Shown in pieces: positions 27,259 to 42,100 of a DNA stretch of 64,000 nucleotides (its first letter is position 1; each line of letters begins with the position of its first letter). The DNA is from the human T2T-CHM13v2.0 reference genome, Homo sapiens. The translations under genes were made by a program, and so were the position numbers. The notes under the pieces were generated by a model, which made no database searches, was not told the DNA's origin, and saw only the letters and a program-made list of their open reading frames with translations. The stretch lies in assembly GCF_009914755.1 (NCBI RefSeq), contig NC_060936.1. One strand, given 5' to 3'.

Positions 27259-28759
27259 AAGTCTTGATAGTTTCAGGATTTTTTTTTTCGCATTACATTT
27301 CAAAGGGGAAGATATTACATTTTATTAAAACTTTAAGGATTTACTTCCAGGAACTGGGATAAGTACTTTATACAGTATATACAATCTAGTAACAATTGAT
27401 TAATTTAACAAATAAAACTTGTTACATGCCGTTCATAGTACTTGCCTTTTCTAAAATGTAGAGTTCACATCCTAGTTGAGAGACAGACAATAAACAAATA
27501 TATATAATGAAGTCCTATGGAGATATGTACTCTGAAAGAAAATATGGCCAGCTCTAAAAGTTGAGAGAACCACCTAATGCAGATGGGTAAGAGGGGCTAG
27601 TGATAGTGCTTGTTTTTCTGTCTAAATCCTGGAGCACATAGGCCTAGCTCTGATCGTTAGAAACGAGGAATATTAAATTTGTTCATTTGGCCTTCTATAA
27701 AAAAGCAAAAATTCTGGTTTCATATTGCTGTATTTCAAATGTTCACTTTTAGGCAAATTGTTAAATCTCTGTTTAATTTCTTCATCAAAAAATGTGAATA
27801 ATAACAGTTCTTACTTAATGTGGTTATTATGAGAACTCAACTGAGAAATATAAATGAAGAGCTTAAGTCAGTGCCTGCACTTAGTATGACTACCTAAGCA
27901 GTAGCTATTGACGTCATAAAATTGGATGTTTCACTGTGTGCTATTTTGGCCCTTTACAATTAAAAATTCTAAAACATTATTAACATTAATTTGCATTAAA
28001 ACATTTAGAAATTTACTCACTGTGTTGGAAATATTGAGAGAGATGGACATTTGTGTGTTATGTCAAAACAGTATATACACTGCAGTATCATGACTTTTGT
28101 TGATATATCAACAATTTTAATATATCACAATTTTTCTTGTAAGCTTTCATACTCATAGAGCAGGATAAATTTTAGTCTTAATTGAAATTTCTATATGTAA
28201 CAAGAAAGTAAAAGTAAACTGGTTTGGTTTTGAGGTAAGCTTTATAAAATTTTCTTTCTAAGATGTATATGATTTATTGATTAACTTAATATAACTGAAA
28301 CAGTTTATCAACTTGTGTCTCATCTTCATTATCTGAATTGCCCTATTTTACATAAGTAACCCTTGATTTGTATATTTAATTTTATATATACATCATAAGA
28401 AGATAGCAAATGTTCTCTCAGTTTTATTTTTTATAATGGTGTCAAAATTCTCTGTGATTTTCAGGATTTCAGCTGTAAGTAAAACATTTATGAACAATTA
28501 TAATCTTTCTAATAAAACTGTAAAATTGTCTTGATAGTATTTTTTTCACATAATACTAGGAATATGACTATCATCATTATATTAAATTTATTGATACCAT
28601 TACCTCGCAGTAGATACTTTAGAGCTTTCTAATTGTGCAAAGCTCAATTCATCTTAGATAATATTTTTATTTTAAACTTGATAATATTATACTGAAATAG
28701 TATAATTTAATCCTCATTTCAAGAGAACAAGAAAGTTGTTCTAAAAAAAAAAAAAAGCA

Positions 28760-29079
<320 letters not shown>

Positions 29080-30908
29080 TCATCCAAGGTTTCAAAATTT
29101 TAAAGCTGCTACCTTGATTAGCTATGAATAACTTAATATTTTTAAATTGGTTTCCCTTTTTGTCTATCTCAAATTTGGTCAAAAGTATGCCAACGTTGTA
29201 GAATCATAAAATCAAGATTTTCTTATAGCTCAGGGGAACATTCACGAACATTTACAGCAATAGATTTTTGTATGAGAAAAAAAAATTTTAACTTTTTCCT
29301 TTTTCCTTAAGGCCAAGGTATGGCCTCAGCTTTAAGGAAAAGTTAAGTGCACACTATCTTTCATGGACAATTACAGGAATTTTCCTCCAGCTTTTGTTTT
29401 TTTTCAAGATCTGTTAATAATTGTGACAAAAAAAGTTTCCAATACATGTATCTTACAAAGTTATTTTTCCTCCAGCCTATGAAGGTATTTAAATTAAAAA
29501 ATTTTTCTAGCAAAAGGTACTATGACTAATACCGAAAATATTTCTGGAAACCAAATAAATTGGTTTTTAAATGAATATGATTATGCTTCATAGAAAGATG
29601 TAACTAAGTATATTCTTTATATTCTTGCTTTGGTTTTAACTTCTGAAAGAAGACAAGTGCCAAATATTACAGTTCAAATCTTACTTATTTTTACTGTTTT
29701 TCACTTTCCTATTTTCCCTCTTCTTTTACTGTACTTTTCATGACTACAGTTTAGCTTTCTCTGTCGCAGAAAAAAATTGTCTTGTCACCATCACACTTTT
29801 TATTTTAGCTGTCCCAGTGACTCTATATGTAAATTTCTAGAAAGTAAGACTCACATCTTCGTTTCTCAGTCATTCTACATAGTGTTTCTTTTTCACAGCA
29901 TGTAGTCAAAATATTGTTTTATAACAGTGACCTTATTCTTTCCACCTAACTTAGCTTCCTTCTTCCTCTTCACAAAACAAACCAATATAAAAATTAATTT
30001 ACCTTTGACATTGGGCCATATGAAGGTTTTCCTTCTGATGTTTTCTGTCCGAATTTCTAATAGTCAGTTTTAAAAATAGATTGTGTGTGTACTGACACAC
30101 AAGATTACATACACCCTAGGCATTAAGGGACCCACTCAGATCTCAACCTTAATGCCACCGTGTGGTGAAATAGTGCAATTATGTTGAGACATACTGCATT
30201 CTCTGCATACTTGCAAAGGGTTTTCATGAATGCCCTGTTGCAGGAGAGCTGGTCAAGAAGTTAAGGTATGCGTGTGTGTGTGCGTGTGTGTGTGAGCACA
30301 CACATATGGGCCATAGGCATGATATTTTAAGATAAGTAGTTCATGCTTATGTAGGAAGAAAACAAAATGCCAACTCCTAACATTTATACCTACCAGTAAT
30401 TGTCATTAATTAGCATAATTTAGTGCTCATGGAATGGAAAACTCTCTTACACTGACATTTTGGCGGCAAGATGTGGTGAAGCTGAAAAATGAAGGAGTTG
30501 ATTATGTGTCTGCCCGCCCATCTGGCAAAATGTCAGGCTTTACACTGCCATGGCACTCATGGCCTAAATGTGAAAACAAAATGTGCATGTATGTGGGAGA
30601 ACTGGTGGCAAAAAATCTGCCTTCATACTTAGTAGAAGAATTTAATGTTTGACCTTGCTGATGCCACGATGTTTTTCAACTATCTTTCAGGTTTATTCTC
30701 AACAAAAGCCAAGCTTTCTGTTTTACTTTTGAAAAGGCTTATATAGTTAAGGAGAGCCTTTTAAGGTCTTTCAGACAGAATATAAAAGCGATGAATGAGG
30801 TTTATCAAAATAGGTGAATAAAATGACAGCAGGAAGTTACGGACCTATTTTTATCTGGTACTCATTCCTATTCACTCAATAAATATTAATATATTCTGCT
30901 GTCTACAG

Positions 30909-30979
30909 CATGAAGAGGACCACAGTCAGTTTTATCTGAATCAACTTCTAGAATTTATGCATATTTGGAAAGTATCCAG
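30909..30979 (+). CDS. PIK3C2G: PIK3C2G internal coding exon (71 nt, phase 0->2): HEEDHSQFYLNQLLEFMHIWKVS(R)
   Basis: Acceptor tctgctgtctacag|CAT, donor CCAG|gtaaga. In frame with both neighbours. Confidence 0.95.
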
Positions 30980-31621
30980 GTAAGATATTTTATATTTGTT
31001 CCAAGACTACTTTCTGATTGAGTTCTCAAATGTCAAATCTCAGTATTTTTCAGTTGATTGTAAAAACTGTCCATTCACTGGGACTGTGGAAGCTATTGTA
31101 CTTTTAACAGGCAAATTCTGTTAATAATTATCCATTCTTCAAAGTTATTCAGACATATTTGAAGAGCTGCTAACACTTTCCAGAACATTCTAACATTCAT
31201 TTAAAAAAATCTCTGCTGCTGGTTATTACATTTTCAAGGACTTGTTTTCCCGATTCATTTTGTGATTTTGGGTTTGCATATGTCACTTAAGCTCTTTGTA
31301 AAACAATTTTAATACTTCGAAGGTAACCATCTCCTACTTGTTTCTGAAACTCCCTGAAAATAAATGGTATATCATAAATACAGGAGTGTAAATTCAAATT
31401 GGAAAACTTGATTGACAACAAATGAACATATCCTACTTCATTCTTATATCTAAATGTATGCATGTATTATTTGGAAGAACAGACTTATTGCGTAGCTAAA
31501 CTGGGAGTTTGGGTGTATCTGCAGTTAAGGTTGTTGTGAGCTGAACCAGTAGAAAATGTAGTGTGGGAGGTACAGGTCATAAATCTCTAAAGTAAAGGCT
31601 GATATAACATATCAGCTAAAT

Positions 31622-32048
31622 TTACGATAGCAAAGACATGGGATCAACCCATATGCCCATCAGTGATTGACTGGATAAAGAAATGGCACATATACACCAT
31701 GCAGCCATATAAAGGAATGAGATCATGTCTCTTGCGGGACAGAGATGGAGCTAGAAGCCATTATCCTCAACAAACTAACATAGAAACAGAAAACAAAATA
31801 CCACACATTCTCACTTATAAGTGGGAGCTGAACAATGAGAACACATGGACACAGGGAGGGGAACAACACACACTGGGGCCCATCAGAGTTGGGGAGGGAG
31901 AGCATCAGGATAAATAGCTAATGCATGCAGGGCTCAATACCTAGGTGATGGGTTGATAGGTGCAGCAAACCACCATTGCGCACGTTTACCTATGTAACAA
32001 ACCTGCACATCCTGCACACGTTTCCCAGAACTTAAAATAAAATAAAAT
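31622..32048 (+). mobile_element. 5'-truncated L1PA (older primate L1) 3' end
   Basis: End of ORF2 and 3' UTR: gactggataaagaaa...ggagagcatcaggataaatagctaatgcatgc...gtaacaaacctgcacatcctgcac. Confidence 0.9.
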
Positions 32049-32049
32049 T

Positions 32050-32340
<291 letters not shown>

Positions 32341-33471
32341 AATAATTAATTTAAAAATAATAATAAAATAAAATTAAGTTTAAAAATAAATAAAAATGTG
32401 AGCTAAAATTGTTTTTAGTGACTATGTTGGGTAATGATTTTGTGAAGTTATTATATATTTACATATATTATCTCATCTAATTCTTTCTAAAACTCTGTGA
32501 TAGTATATATTATCCTGTTTCAAAACTAAAGAAACTGAAGTTCTGAGAGGCTAAATAATTCACCTAAGGCCATTCTAGTCATCAGTGGCAGGACTAAAAT
32601 CAGGTCTGCCTGAAATTTACAAAGGACATTTTCTTTCATTAACTATTGTGTTTTTCCATTGCCCTTCTCTGCCACCCTTCCCCCTAAAAACATCCATCTT
32701 CACTCCATAAAATCATAGAATGGCTAGGACTAGAAAGGATTTTAGACATAATCTAATACAAATTTTCGTTTTATAGGTAATTACATGATTCCACTATAGA
32801 TTTCTGTTGTATAACATACAAACAAGGTCTGTAGTTTCCTTTCTCCAAAATAAATCTACCCAGGGGTGGGGGGAACAGAGAGAAAGGGAGAGAAACACAC
32901 ATACACCTCAAATATGGGAAGTTTTTCAAAAAGCAGGATATCCTTGGGACACAAAGGACTTTGCTGGGTTGGTGGAGGGTTGTTGCACCTTTTAAGTCAC
33001 TGCTACCTGGGGCACAGAGAGGCAAGCCAAGGCTGTGAGAAGAGAGTGAGAGAAGGAGGCTTTCATTCTGTTCTTGTCTTACCCCTGCCATTGCCTGCCC
33101 CCTAGCAGATATTTGATGGCCAGTGTGCAGTTGCAGGGGTCCAGAGGGTTAATTCAGGGCAAAGCAAAAGTTCTGCTGTAGCAAGGGTAGAGGAAACATG
33201 TCTGGGACAGCCTAGCTTCAGACTTTACTCCTCCATCCCTCCCTCCAATCCCAGGGCAGTGGATTACAGTCTGGGGTGATGCCATCTCCCAGTGCTATTT
33301 TGTCTGTGGTAAGGAAACTAAAAACAGAAGTTCAAACACTTGGCAACCATCACACAAATATTTAATCCCATAGCCATGACTAAAACCAAGTATCTAACTC
33401 TGAATCAGTGCTTATTCCACTTCCATTATGTTCTGACCCTTCACCCCTTATTTTTCTCAAAGGGTATCTAA

Positions 33472-33667
33472 CACAGAGACATTCTCAGCTTCATAAAGGC
33501 CACTGTAGAACTTTACTTTTGGGGATACAATGCTTCCCTGCCTGCCCTCCTCAGAACACCGTATTGGATCACAGAGACATTCTCAGCCTCATAAAGGCCA
33601 CTGTAGAACTTTACTTTTGGGGATACAATGCTTCCCTGCCTGCCCTCCTCAGAACACCGTATTGGAT
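33472..33667. repeat. 98-bp tandem duplication (2 copies, 1 mismatch)
   Basis: 33472-33569 versus 33570-33667, differing only at 33490 T / 33588 C. Confidence 0.97.
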
Positions 33668-33885
33668 CATCAAAAAAATCAAGCACTGGATGGCAAGGGC
33701 TTTGATTTCAGCCCTTCTCTTTTATGACTCAACTTCCTCTTAGAAGTTGAGCAAATCACTCACCTTCACTACTTCCCAGTGGTTTTTTCTATAAAATAGA
33801 TACAATATCCAAAAACAAAGTGCTGAAGTGGGTGCATTCTTGGTGGTACTAATAGTTTCAGGTTTTATATAAAGACACTGCCATT

Positions 33886-34177
33886 GGCCGGGCGCGGTGG
33901 CTCACGCCTGTAATCCCAGCACTTTGGGACGCCGAGGTGGGCGGATCATGAGGTCAGGAGATCGAGACCATCCTGGCTAACACGGTGAAACCCCGTCTCT
34001 ACTAAAAATACAAAACATTAGCCGGGCGTGGTGGCGGGCGCCTGTAGTCCCAGCTACTCCGGATGCTGAGGCAGGAGAATGACGTGAACCCCGGGGGGCG
34101 GAGCCTGCAGTGAGCGGAGATCGCGCCACTGCACTCCAGCCTGGGCGACAGCGACACTCCGTCTCAAAAAAAAAAAA
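33886..34177 (+). mobile_element. Young CpG-rich AluY (Ye-lineage-like)
   Basis: AluY diagnostic gagatcgagaccatcctggctaacacgg, with variants ccccggggggcggagcctgcag and gacagcga. TSD cactgccatt at 33876-33885 and 34179-34188. Confidence 0.95.
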
Positions 34178-34981
34178 CCACTGCCATTGCCCAAATCTTT
34201 AGTTATTATTTTCCTCCCCTTTCACTGACTTTTACATATTCTATGCATTTTGTCTTTGAACTGACAGAGGGACTCCAACTAAAGTGATAATGTAGAAAAA
34301 TGAGAATGCAGCTACTGTAAAAATAATGGTGTTTGTTTTAATGTTGCGTTTCTGAGTTGTGTGACTTATGATTCAATTTAAGTCAGGAGTTTTCAAGACA
34401 AATAAGAAGGTAAAGTCAATAATGTTTGGGAAAATAATTTTTGAACAGCGAAGCTCAGAAGAATTTCTGCTCAAATTGCATGTCTTCTCCCTAAGCATAG
34501 ATAAAGCTGGAGCAGTAAGAGAAGCTTAGGAAAGAAAAATGCAGAGGTTTGGTGTCAGAGACAACCCCATCTATTATAAATATAAGCCATTAATTCCAAA
34601 TGCAATTCTCTACAAGATATGCCATACTTAATATTTCTTGATGTTAATATATGCCATTATCTGCTTATGAATCCCTTTGCAACTTACGGTTTGAATTAAG
34701 AGTAGTTTTATATAATGATCAGCCTTTGAGAGGTTTGGTTAATTTATCATGAATTCTTTGGAGTTCTAAGACTTTCAGATATGTTTGTAGTCTATCAAGT
34801 TATACAAACTTTATAAGGCACCCTTCTGAGATGTTTTTAAAATTATGTCAACAATAATCCTTTTTATACCATGCCTACGATAGTATCATGGGCAAAACAA
34901 TTTGTGATAAATGTTTGTGCTAAAGGTAATATAAGTTTTCCCACCCAATTTTAAACAAAGTTTCTATTTTTTATTTTCCAG

Positions 34982-35045
34982 ACAATGTCTCTTAACACTC
35001 ATCAGAAAATATGACTTCCACCTGAAATACCTATTGAAAACCCAG
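34982..35045 (+). CDS. PIK3C2G: PIK3C2G internal coding exon (64 nt, phase 2->0): QCLLTLIRKYDFHLKYLLKTQ
   Basis: Acceptor ttttttattttccag|A, donor CAG|gtattg. In frame. Confidence 0.93.
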
Positions 35046-35059
35046 GTATTGACTTTTGT

Positions 35060-36210
<1,151 letters not shown>

Positions 36211-38489
36211 GATTATTTCTTACAGCTTCTTCTTCCAGGGAAGGTTTAGCCTTCCACAGATAACACATCATATTATTACAGAATATTGTGAGTCAGGGAA
36301 CATTTTTTAAACAAGTGACTTCTTTCTTTCTGTTAAATAATTGATTCCTGATATAAATAAAAGGGTACATAACTCAGATAATAACTATTTGTAATATCAA
36401 TAAACACTAAATATATCTGAAAATAATAAATTCTACTTATTGATGTAGATACTGAAATCATATGTGACTTCCACATAAATATGTAAAGACATGGAGACTA
36501 CAAATACAAGACTTAGGTTTCTCCCTAAAGTGTAATCCTCTCACCCTAATTCTATTTTTTCTGCTCCAGCCTGGTCTGAGTCTGGAAGTTTAAAATGTGG
36601 AATGTGAAAAGAATCCACAATTAGCTTGTTTTAAGTCTCATAAAAGTGTTTTGGTTAGTACCTCTAATCAGCCTTGTGAGAGTCATTCTTTCTCATGTAG
36701 AATGTGAAACTTACCAGGTTACCAGGATATATTAAGACTTAATTCCTAGAGTATTTTTGTCTCTTTACTATGTGTAGAAATACTTTTGAGGTTATGGTAA
36801 CCTACTTATGAATGAATTTTAGTTATCTAAATGTCTCAGCACTGCTCACATATCATAGACATCTTTTTTCACACACAAATTATTAATAATTTATAACAGT
36901 TCTTAATTTCCAAATTCAGAAGTTTGATCTTATTACTTATGTATGAAGCCTCCTATATTTCTAGTTTGAAAGAAATGATTGACTATTGTAAATTTTTCTA
37001 ATATGACTTAAAAGTTGGCAAAATACCAAAGAAATGCTGTCTTTCCATTATCACTGGCAAACAGCAATCATCACTCGCAGCTAAATTATTTTATAAATAG
37101 GTCACAGTGTATGTGATTTTCCAGATGAACTCAATCCAAAACAATGAGTTCTTTAATGAGATTTTTGCCTATGAAACATCAATAGTAAATATCTTAGAAA
37201 TGAGGACAGACTATGATATTATCAGTTCACAATTTTGCGCTTTCTATTCATTTGACAAGTACATTAAGTAGCATTTCATCATGTCCAAAACAGTGTCAAT
37301 TGGAAAAATAATGTTTTTTTCATATTTCCCAAACTTGGATTATTACACATGATTTGAAAAAACAACAAGCATGCAGCTGAATAAGTCAGACATGAATATT
37401 ATTGAATAATATGAATATTTTAAAGTACCAAATATTTTCTTTCTTGACAATTATTATTTCAACATATTTTAGATGATAACAATTTTAGGCCAGGCATTCT
37501 GGCTATTATGTCAAATGGCTAGTTTTGTATCTAATTTACAAAGAGCTTTTTCACTGGACATTTTTTCCTCTCTTCTATTCCATTAAAACCCTGAACTATA
37601 GAGAATATTTTTGAATTCATTCTGTATTCTTAATTTTATAGAAATTGAATAATATGAATTCAATAGGAATTTCAGAAATATTAAGAATGGAAAAAAGAGA
37701 ATCCTCCCCCCCAAGGTATCACTGAATGCTTACTTCATGCAAATTATGAAACTGTTTACTCACTGAAACCAAGAGAAATGGGAGTTCAAACCATACTCTG
37801 AAGTTGTCGATGATCTAGTTGGAGAGACAGCATATCCACATAAATAATATACACAATGGTGTCTATACAGAGCAAAGCAGTATAAAACTAAATCGTAGCC
37901 TTGGAGAAAGAATCAACTTCTGATTTAAAATCACTTCTTCCTAGTAGTCTCTAATATGTTGTCTCCAAAATTCTTTATTAAAATGCCAGTGAGGATCATG
38001 GTAGGAAGTCCCTACCATGAATGACAAATTTACACTAGAATCTAGTAATTGTTGAATTTATTGTAAATTAGATGAACCAGGGTTGAGGAAAAATCAATTC
38101 ATGCTTCAAAATGTGGTTTAGCTTCATGAAACATCGATCTGGTCAGAAAATAACTGAGAACCCCTAAGTCCTTCTACCATCTAGCCCATGACTCAGAGGC
38201 TATACCAAGTAGATAACCAGGAGAATATGACATCTCTAGTGTTCAGGTTTAAGTAATTCAGTGAGGAGGGCAAAATAATCTTATTTAACACTTGCTCAAG
38301 ACCAAAATCTAACTGTATTCATCTAGAGAGAGAAAGAAAATTCCATATATGAGTAGAAAGAAAGAGGACACATAGGGATTTTATATTTAGCTTCTTTTAA
38401 ACTGAAGCTCTCTTGGTTACAAGCAAATCTATTGTTAGACTTTCAGAAGTTCCAATTTCAAACATAACTTAAGCCTAATGGTAGTCTAA

Positions 38490-38755
38490 AACAAAATTTA
38501 GGAGCAGAGATTCCAAAGTCAGATAAATGTATAAGTCAACCCTCCACCACTATGGAAGTTTTGTATTCGACCTTCCTCAGATTTATATGATTCATCACTA
38601 GAGTGAGGATAATAAATATAATATAATGATGTTTTAAATAATTAATGAAACAATGGATATAATGGGCTTAGTATAATATAGTGATGGAAGATAAAACATT
38701 TTTAAGAAAAGGTGAGTACCCGTGTTACTTTACTGCTACCGTTTCTATCACTATT
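38490..38755 (+). mobile_element. MIR SINE
   Basis: ccttcctcagattt...catcactagagtgaggataata...aattaatgaaacaatggatataatgggctta. Confidence 0.55.
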
Positions 38756-39199
38756 ATTCAAGTTGAGGATTGTATAGAATCCAGAAGAAAATTTTCACAA
38801 AATTGATTTGCATTCAGAATAGAACATAAGTAAAGGTGGGAAATGAGCAAAAAAAGTGTAAGAAAATTGGATAAAATTAAGAGGTAACAAGGAGCAGTTG
38901 CAAGGTTGCAAAAGAAGTCAAGGAAATAAAGGCAATAATTATTTATTATTATACAGCACAGGAAAATGAAGCACAACTGCAGAATTGAAACTGACCTTAA
39001 AAGAAATAAAGGGCAGATTGTACTAAAAGTCAAAGCTATCATGTATAGAACACTCTCAGACTTGAAGAAGTATAAAAAAATTAAAAGTAGATTATCAAAA
39101 TAGAAGATAATCACTAGCCAACATAATCTGTGTTGCTAATGAGATGGAGAAAACTAGAGGGTTTTGTGCGAAGGAATAACATGATCTGACATTCTACTA

Positions 39200-42100
39200 G
39201 TGATTTATGTACTAAATTATATAATACATGAAGAACACACAATTAAAGAATAATAATAGAAAACCCACTCTTATTAATAAATTAAGGAACAAAATATTTT
39301 TGGTATCACACACCTGTTTGCCACTTCATGTCTCCTCTCCTCTATGTAAAAGGTCCTATTTGATGAAAAGGATTTTGTAGACTTTCTTTATCATTTCATC
39401 ACCAAAGTTTGCATCTACTAGCAATATAAGGTGTTGATTTTCTTTCTAAGGTCTCCATGAATGGAATCAAACTATATGCACTTTTTGAGCCCTGTATCTT
39501 TCACTCAGTATTATTTGTGAGATTTATCCACCTTTTTCCATGTGGTTGTTATTAGTTCATTTTCATTGTTGTGTAATAATTCCATTAAAAGACTGGACTT
39601 CAATTTATCTATCCCACTTGTTGGTGTATATTTGAAATAATATCACGAGGTTTTCTAGAGCACATAGCTAGGGACATAGATTTACAAGGCAACACCAAAC
39701 ACTTTTCTAATGATGTTTTACCTTTTACCCATTCACAATATATGAGAGTTCCTATTGCTGCATTTTCCCACCAACTTATAGTACAGTCCAAATTATAAGT
39801 GTTTGCCAACATTAGGTATATGTAATGCTATCTTTGTATTAACTTTAATTTTTCTGACTCACAAATTCATACTAAACTCATAAATTTGTCTTTACCTTTT
39901 TTAAAAATGTACTATTCAATTGCCCTCTTTCATAACTTACCTGTTCAAACTTTTGCGGATATTTCCACATTTCTGTAGATTTTTCAAAAAGATTTATGGG
40001 AGTTCTTTATATATTTACCCTTCCTTCAGTTATGTGTATTGTAAATGTCTTCTGCCATTTAGGGGCTTTTCGCTTTAATTATAATGTCTTATTTATTAAG
40101 TCACTTTTCTTAAAGTTTAATTTATATAAAATAAAATGCACCCATGTTAAGTGGGTAGTTTGACTAGTTTTCAAAATGTATATAATTAGGTAACAACAAC
40201 TGGAATGAAGATACAAGATATTTGCATTACAAGAGAAAATGCCCAACTGCGTCTTTACAGTAAATCTCTCTCATCCCAGATTTCATACACCAAAAATTTA
40301 TTTGCTCTCAATTTGGTTTTATTTTGCCTTGACTTTTATATAAATGGAATCTCATATACAATATAAGAGTTCTTGTGGTTCTGCATCCTCACCAACACCT
40401 GTTATTGTCAGTGTTTTAATTTTAGCCATTCTAGTGACTATGTGGCAATATTTCCTTCAGTTTTTAATTTGTATTTCCTCAATGGCTGATGATGCCGAAT
40501 TACTTTTCATGGAATTATTGCTCATTTATATATTTTCTGCTGTCAGGTGCCTGTTCAAATCTTTTGCCTATTTTTAAAGTTGAACTATATATCCTCTTGT
40601 TATCAAATTGTGAGGGTCCAGAACCTTACCTGGGTATCAATGAGAGGCCAGGGATGAGGAGCAGTAAACTCCCTCCTGCACACGACTAACTGCAATTGTA
40701 ATCATTCTAATATGTTCCAGAAGAAAGTTCACTGTGAGGTGTAGGACATATGTATTGAAAACTTTGTCTCCCTGTCTGTGACTGGTTGTTGGTTCGTTCG
40801 CTTGCTTTTTTATTTCACTTACGTGCCATTCAAAAAGCAGAAGCTTTTAATCTTTGTGAAGTCCAGGTTTATTTTTACTTTACAGTTTATGCTTTCTTAT
40901 CATATTTAATAAAGATTTGCCCACAGAAGTTTGCATACTATATTTTTCAATACTATTTTTAGTTTTAGCTGTTCTTTAGTTCTATGATCCATTTCAAGTT
41001 ATAGTTGTAGTTCTAGACCCCCTGTTCTGTTTCATAAATCTATGTCTATCCTAATACCAGTCAACATTACCTTAATTACCATACGTTCATGGAAAGTCTT
41101 GGTATCAGGCAATATAAGTTCTCCAAAATCATTCTTGTTTAAAAAAATATTTGGCTATTCTAAGTACTTTGCTACGATTGCGTTGAATATATAGATTGAT
41201 GTAAGGAAACTTGATATTTTAAAAAATTGTATTTTCTAATCCATGAGAGATCAATTTAATCTGATCTATTTCTTCACCTACACAGGTTTCTTAAATCACT
41301 CAGCAATGCTTTACAATTTAGCATAGAGATTATGCATAGTTTATTAAAGTTATTAGTTCATGTTTTTGTCTAATATTTTAAATAATATTTTTATATTATT
41401 TTCCAGTTGTTTGTTACTAATACGTGGGAGTGGAACTCACTTTCATATATTGACCTTCTATACTATGTCTTCTTGAAATCACTTTTTATATCTAAGAGTT
41501 ATTTTTTGGATTCCTTAGGATTTCTACATATACAATCATGTCATCTCTGAAATAATTTTATGTTTTCCTCTTTAGTCTATAGCCCTCTTATTTTTTTACT
41601 TGCCTGCCTTATAATTTAACACTTACTGAGTCTCCAATAGGATTTTACAAGTAGTCATAAGAACAGAATCCCCGCCTTGCTATTTTGAGGGAGAACTTTA
41701 CAGTCTTTTATCATTAAGTGTAAAGTTATTTAGAGGTTATGTTATAATATAAAAAGTTAGTTATATTTTACTGGGTTGAAAAAGCTTCCTTCTATAGTTT
41801 ACTAAGAGCTTATTTCTTGAATGGATTATGAGTTTTGTCAAATGCTTTTTGTGCATATGTACAAATGCACGTATGGTTTTTCTCTTTTATTCTTTTCAAA
41901 TTTTAAAAATCTTTTTATTACTGGTATAATTACACTTACTAAGAATTTATAATCTGTTTCATATATTTCTAACTTAAATTAACTAATATTTTGTTAAGGA
42001 TATTTGCATCTATATTTATGAGGGACATCAGTTTGTGTTTTTATTTTCTTATAATATGGTTAGATTTTGGCATAAGAGTAATGCTGGCCTCATAAAATAT
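39200..42100 (-). mobile_element. Cluster of old mammalian L1 (L1M) fragments, antisense
   Basis: T-rich L1 3' UTR/ORF2 antisense motifs (aatggaatc...atatgc, catcctcaccaacac, tttagccattctag, tttgcatctatatttatgagggacat, gtaatgctggcctcataaaat). Boundaries approximate. Confidence 0.75.

Noticed and set aside
29809-29843. Additional pseudoexon-like site pairs (also 25771-25804)
   Set aside because: Such pairs are expected by chance in long introns and have weaker sites or context than those reported.
33472-33667. Direct repeats as a CRISPR-like array
   Set aside because: Two abutting copies with no spacers, in a eukaryotic intron.
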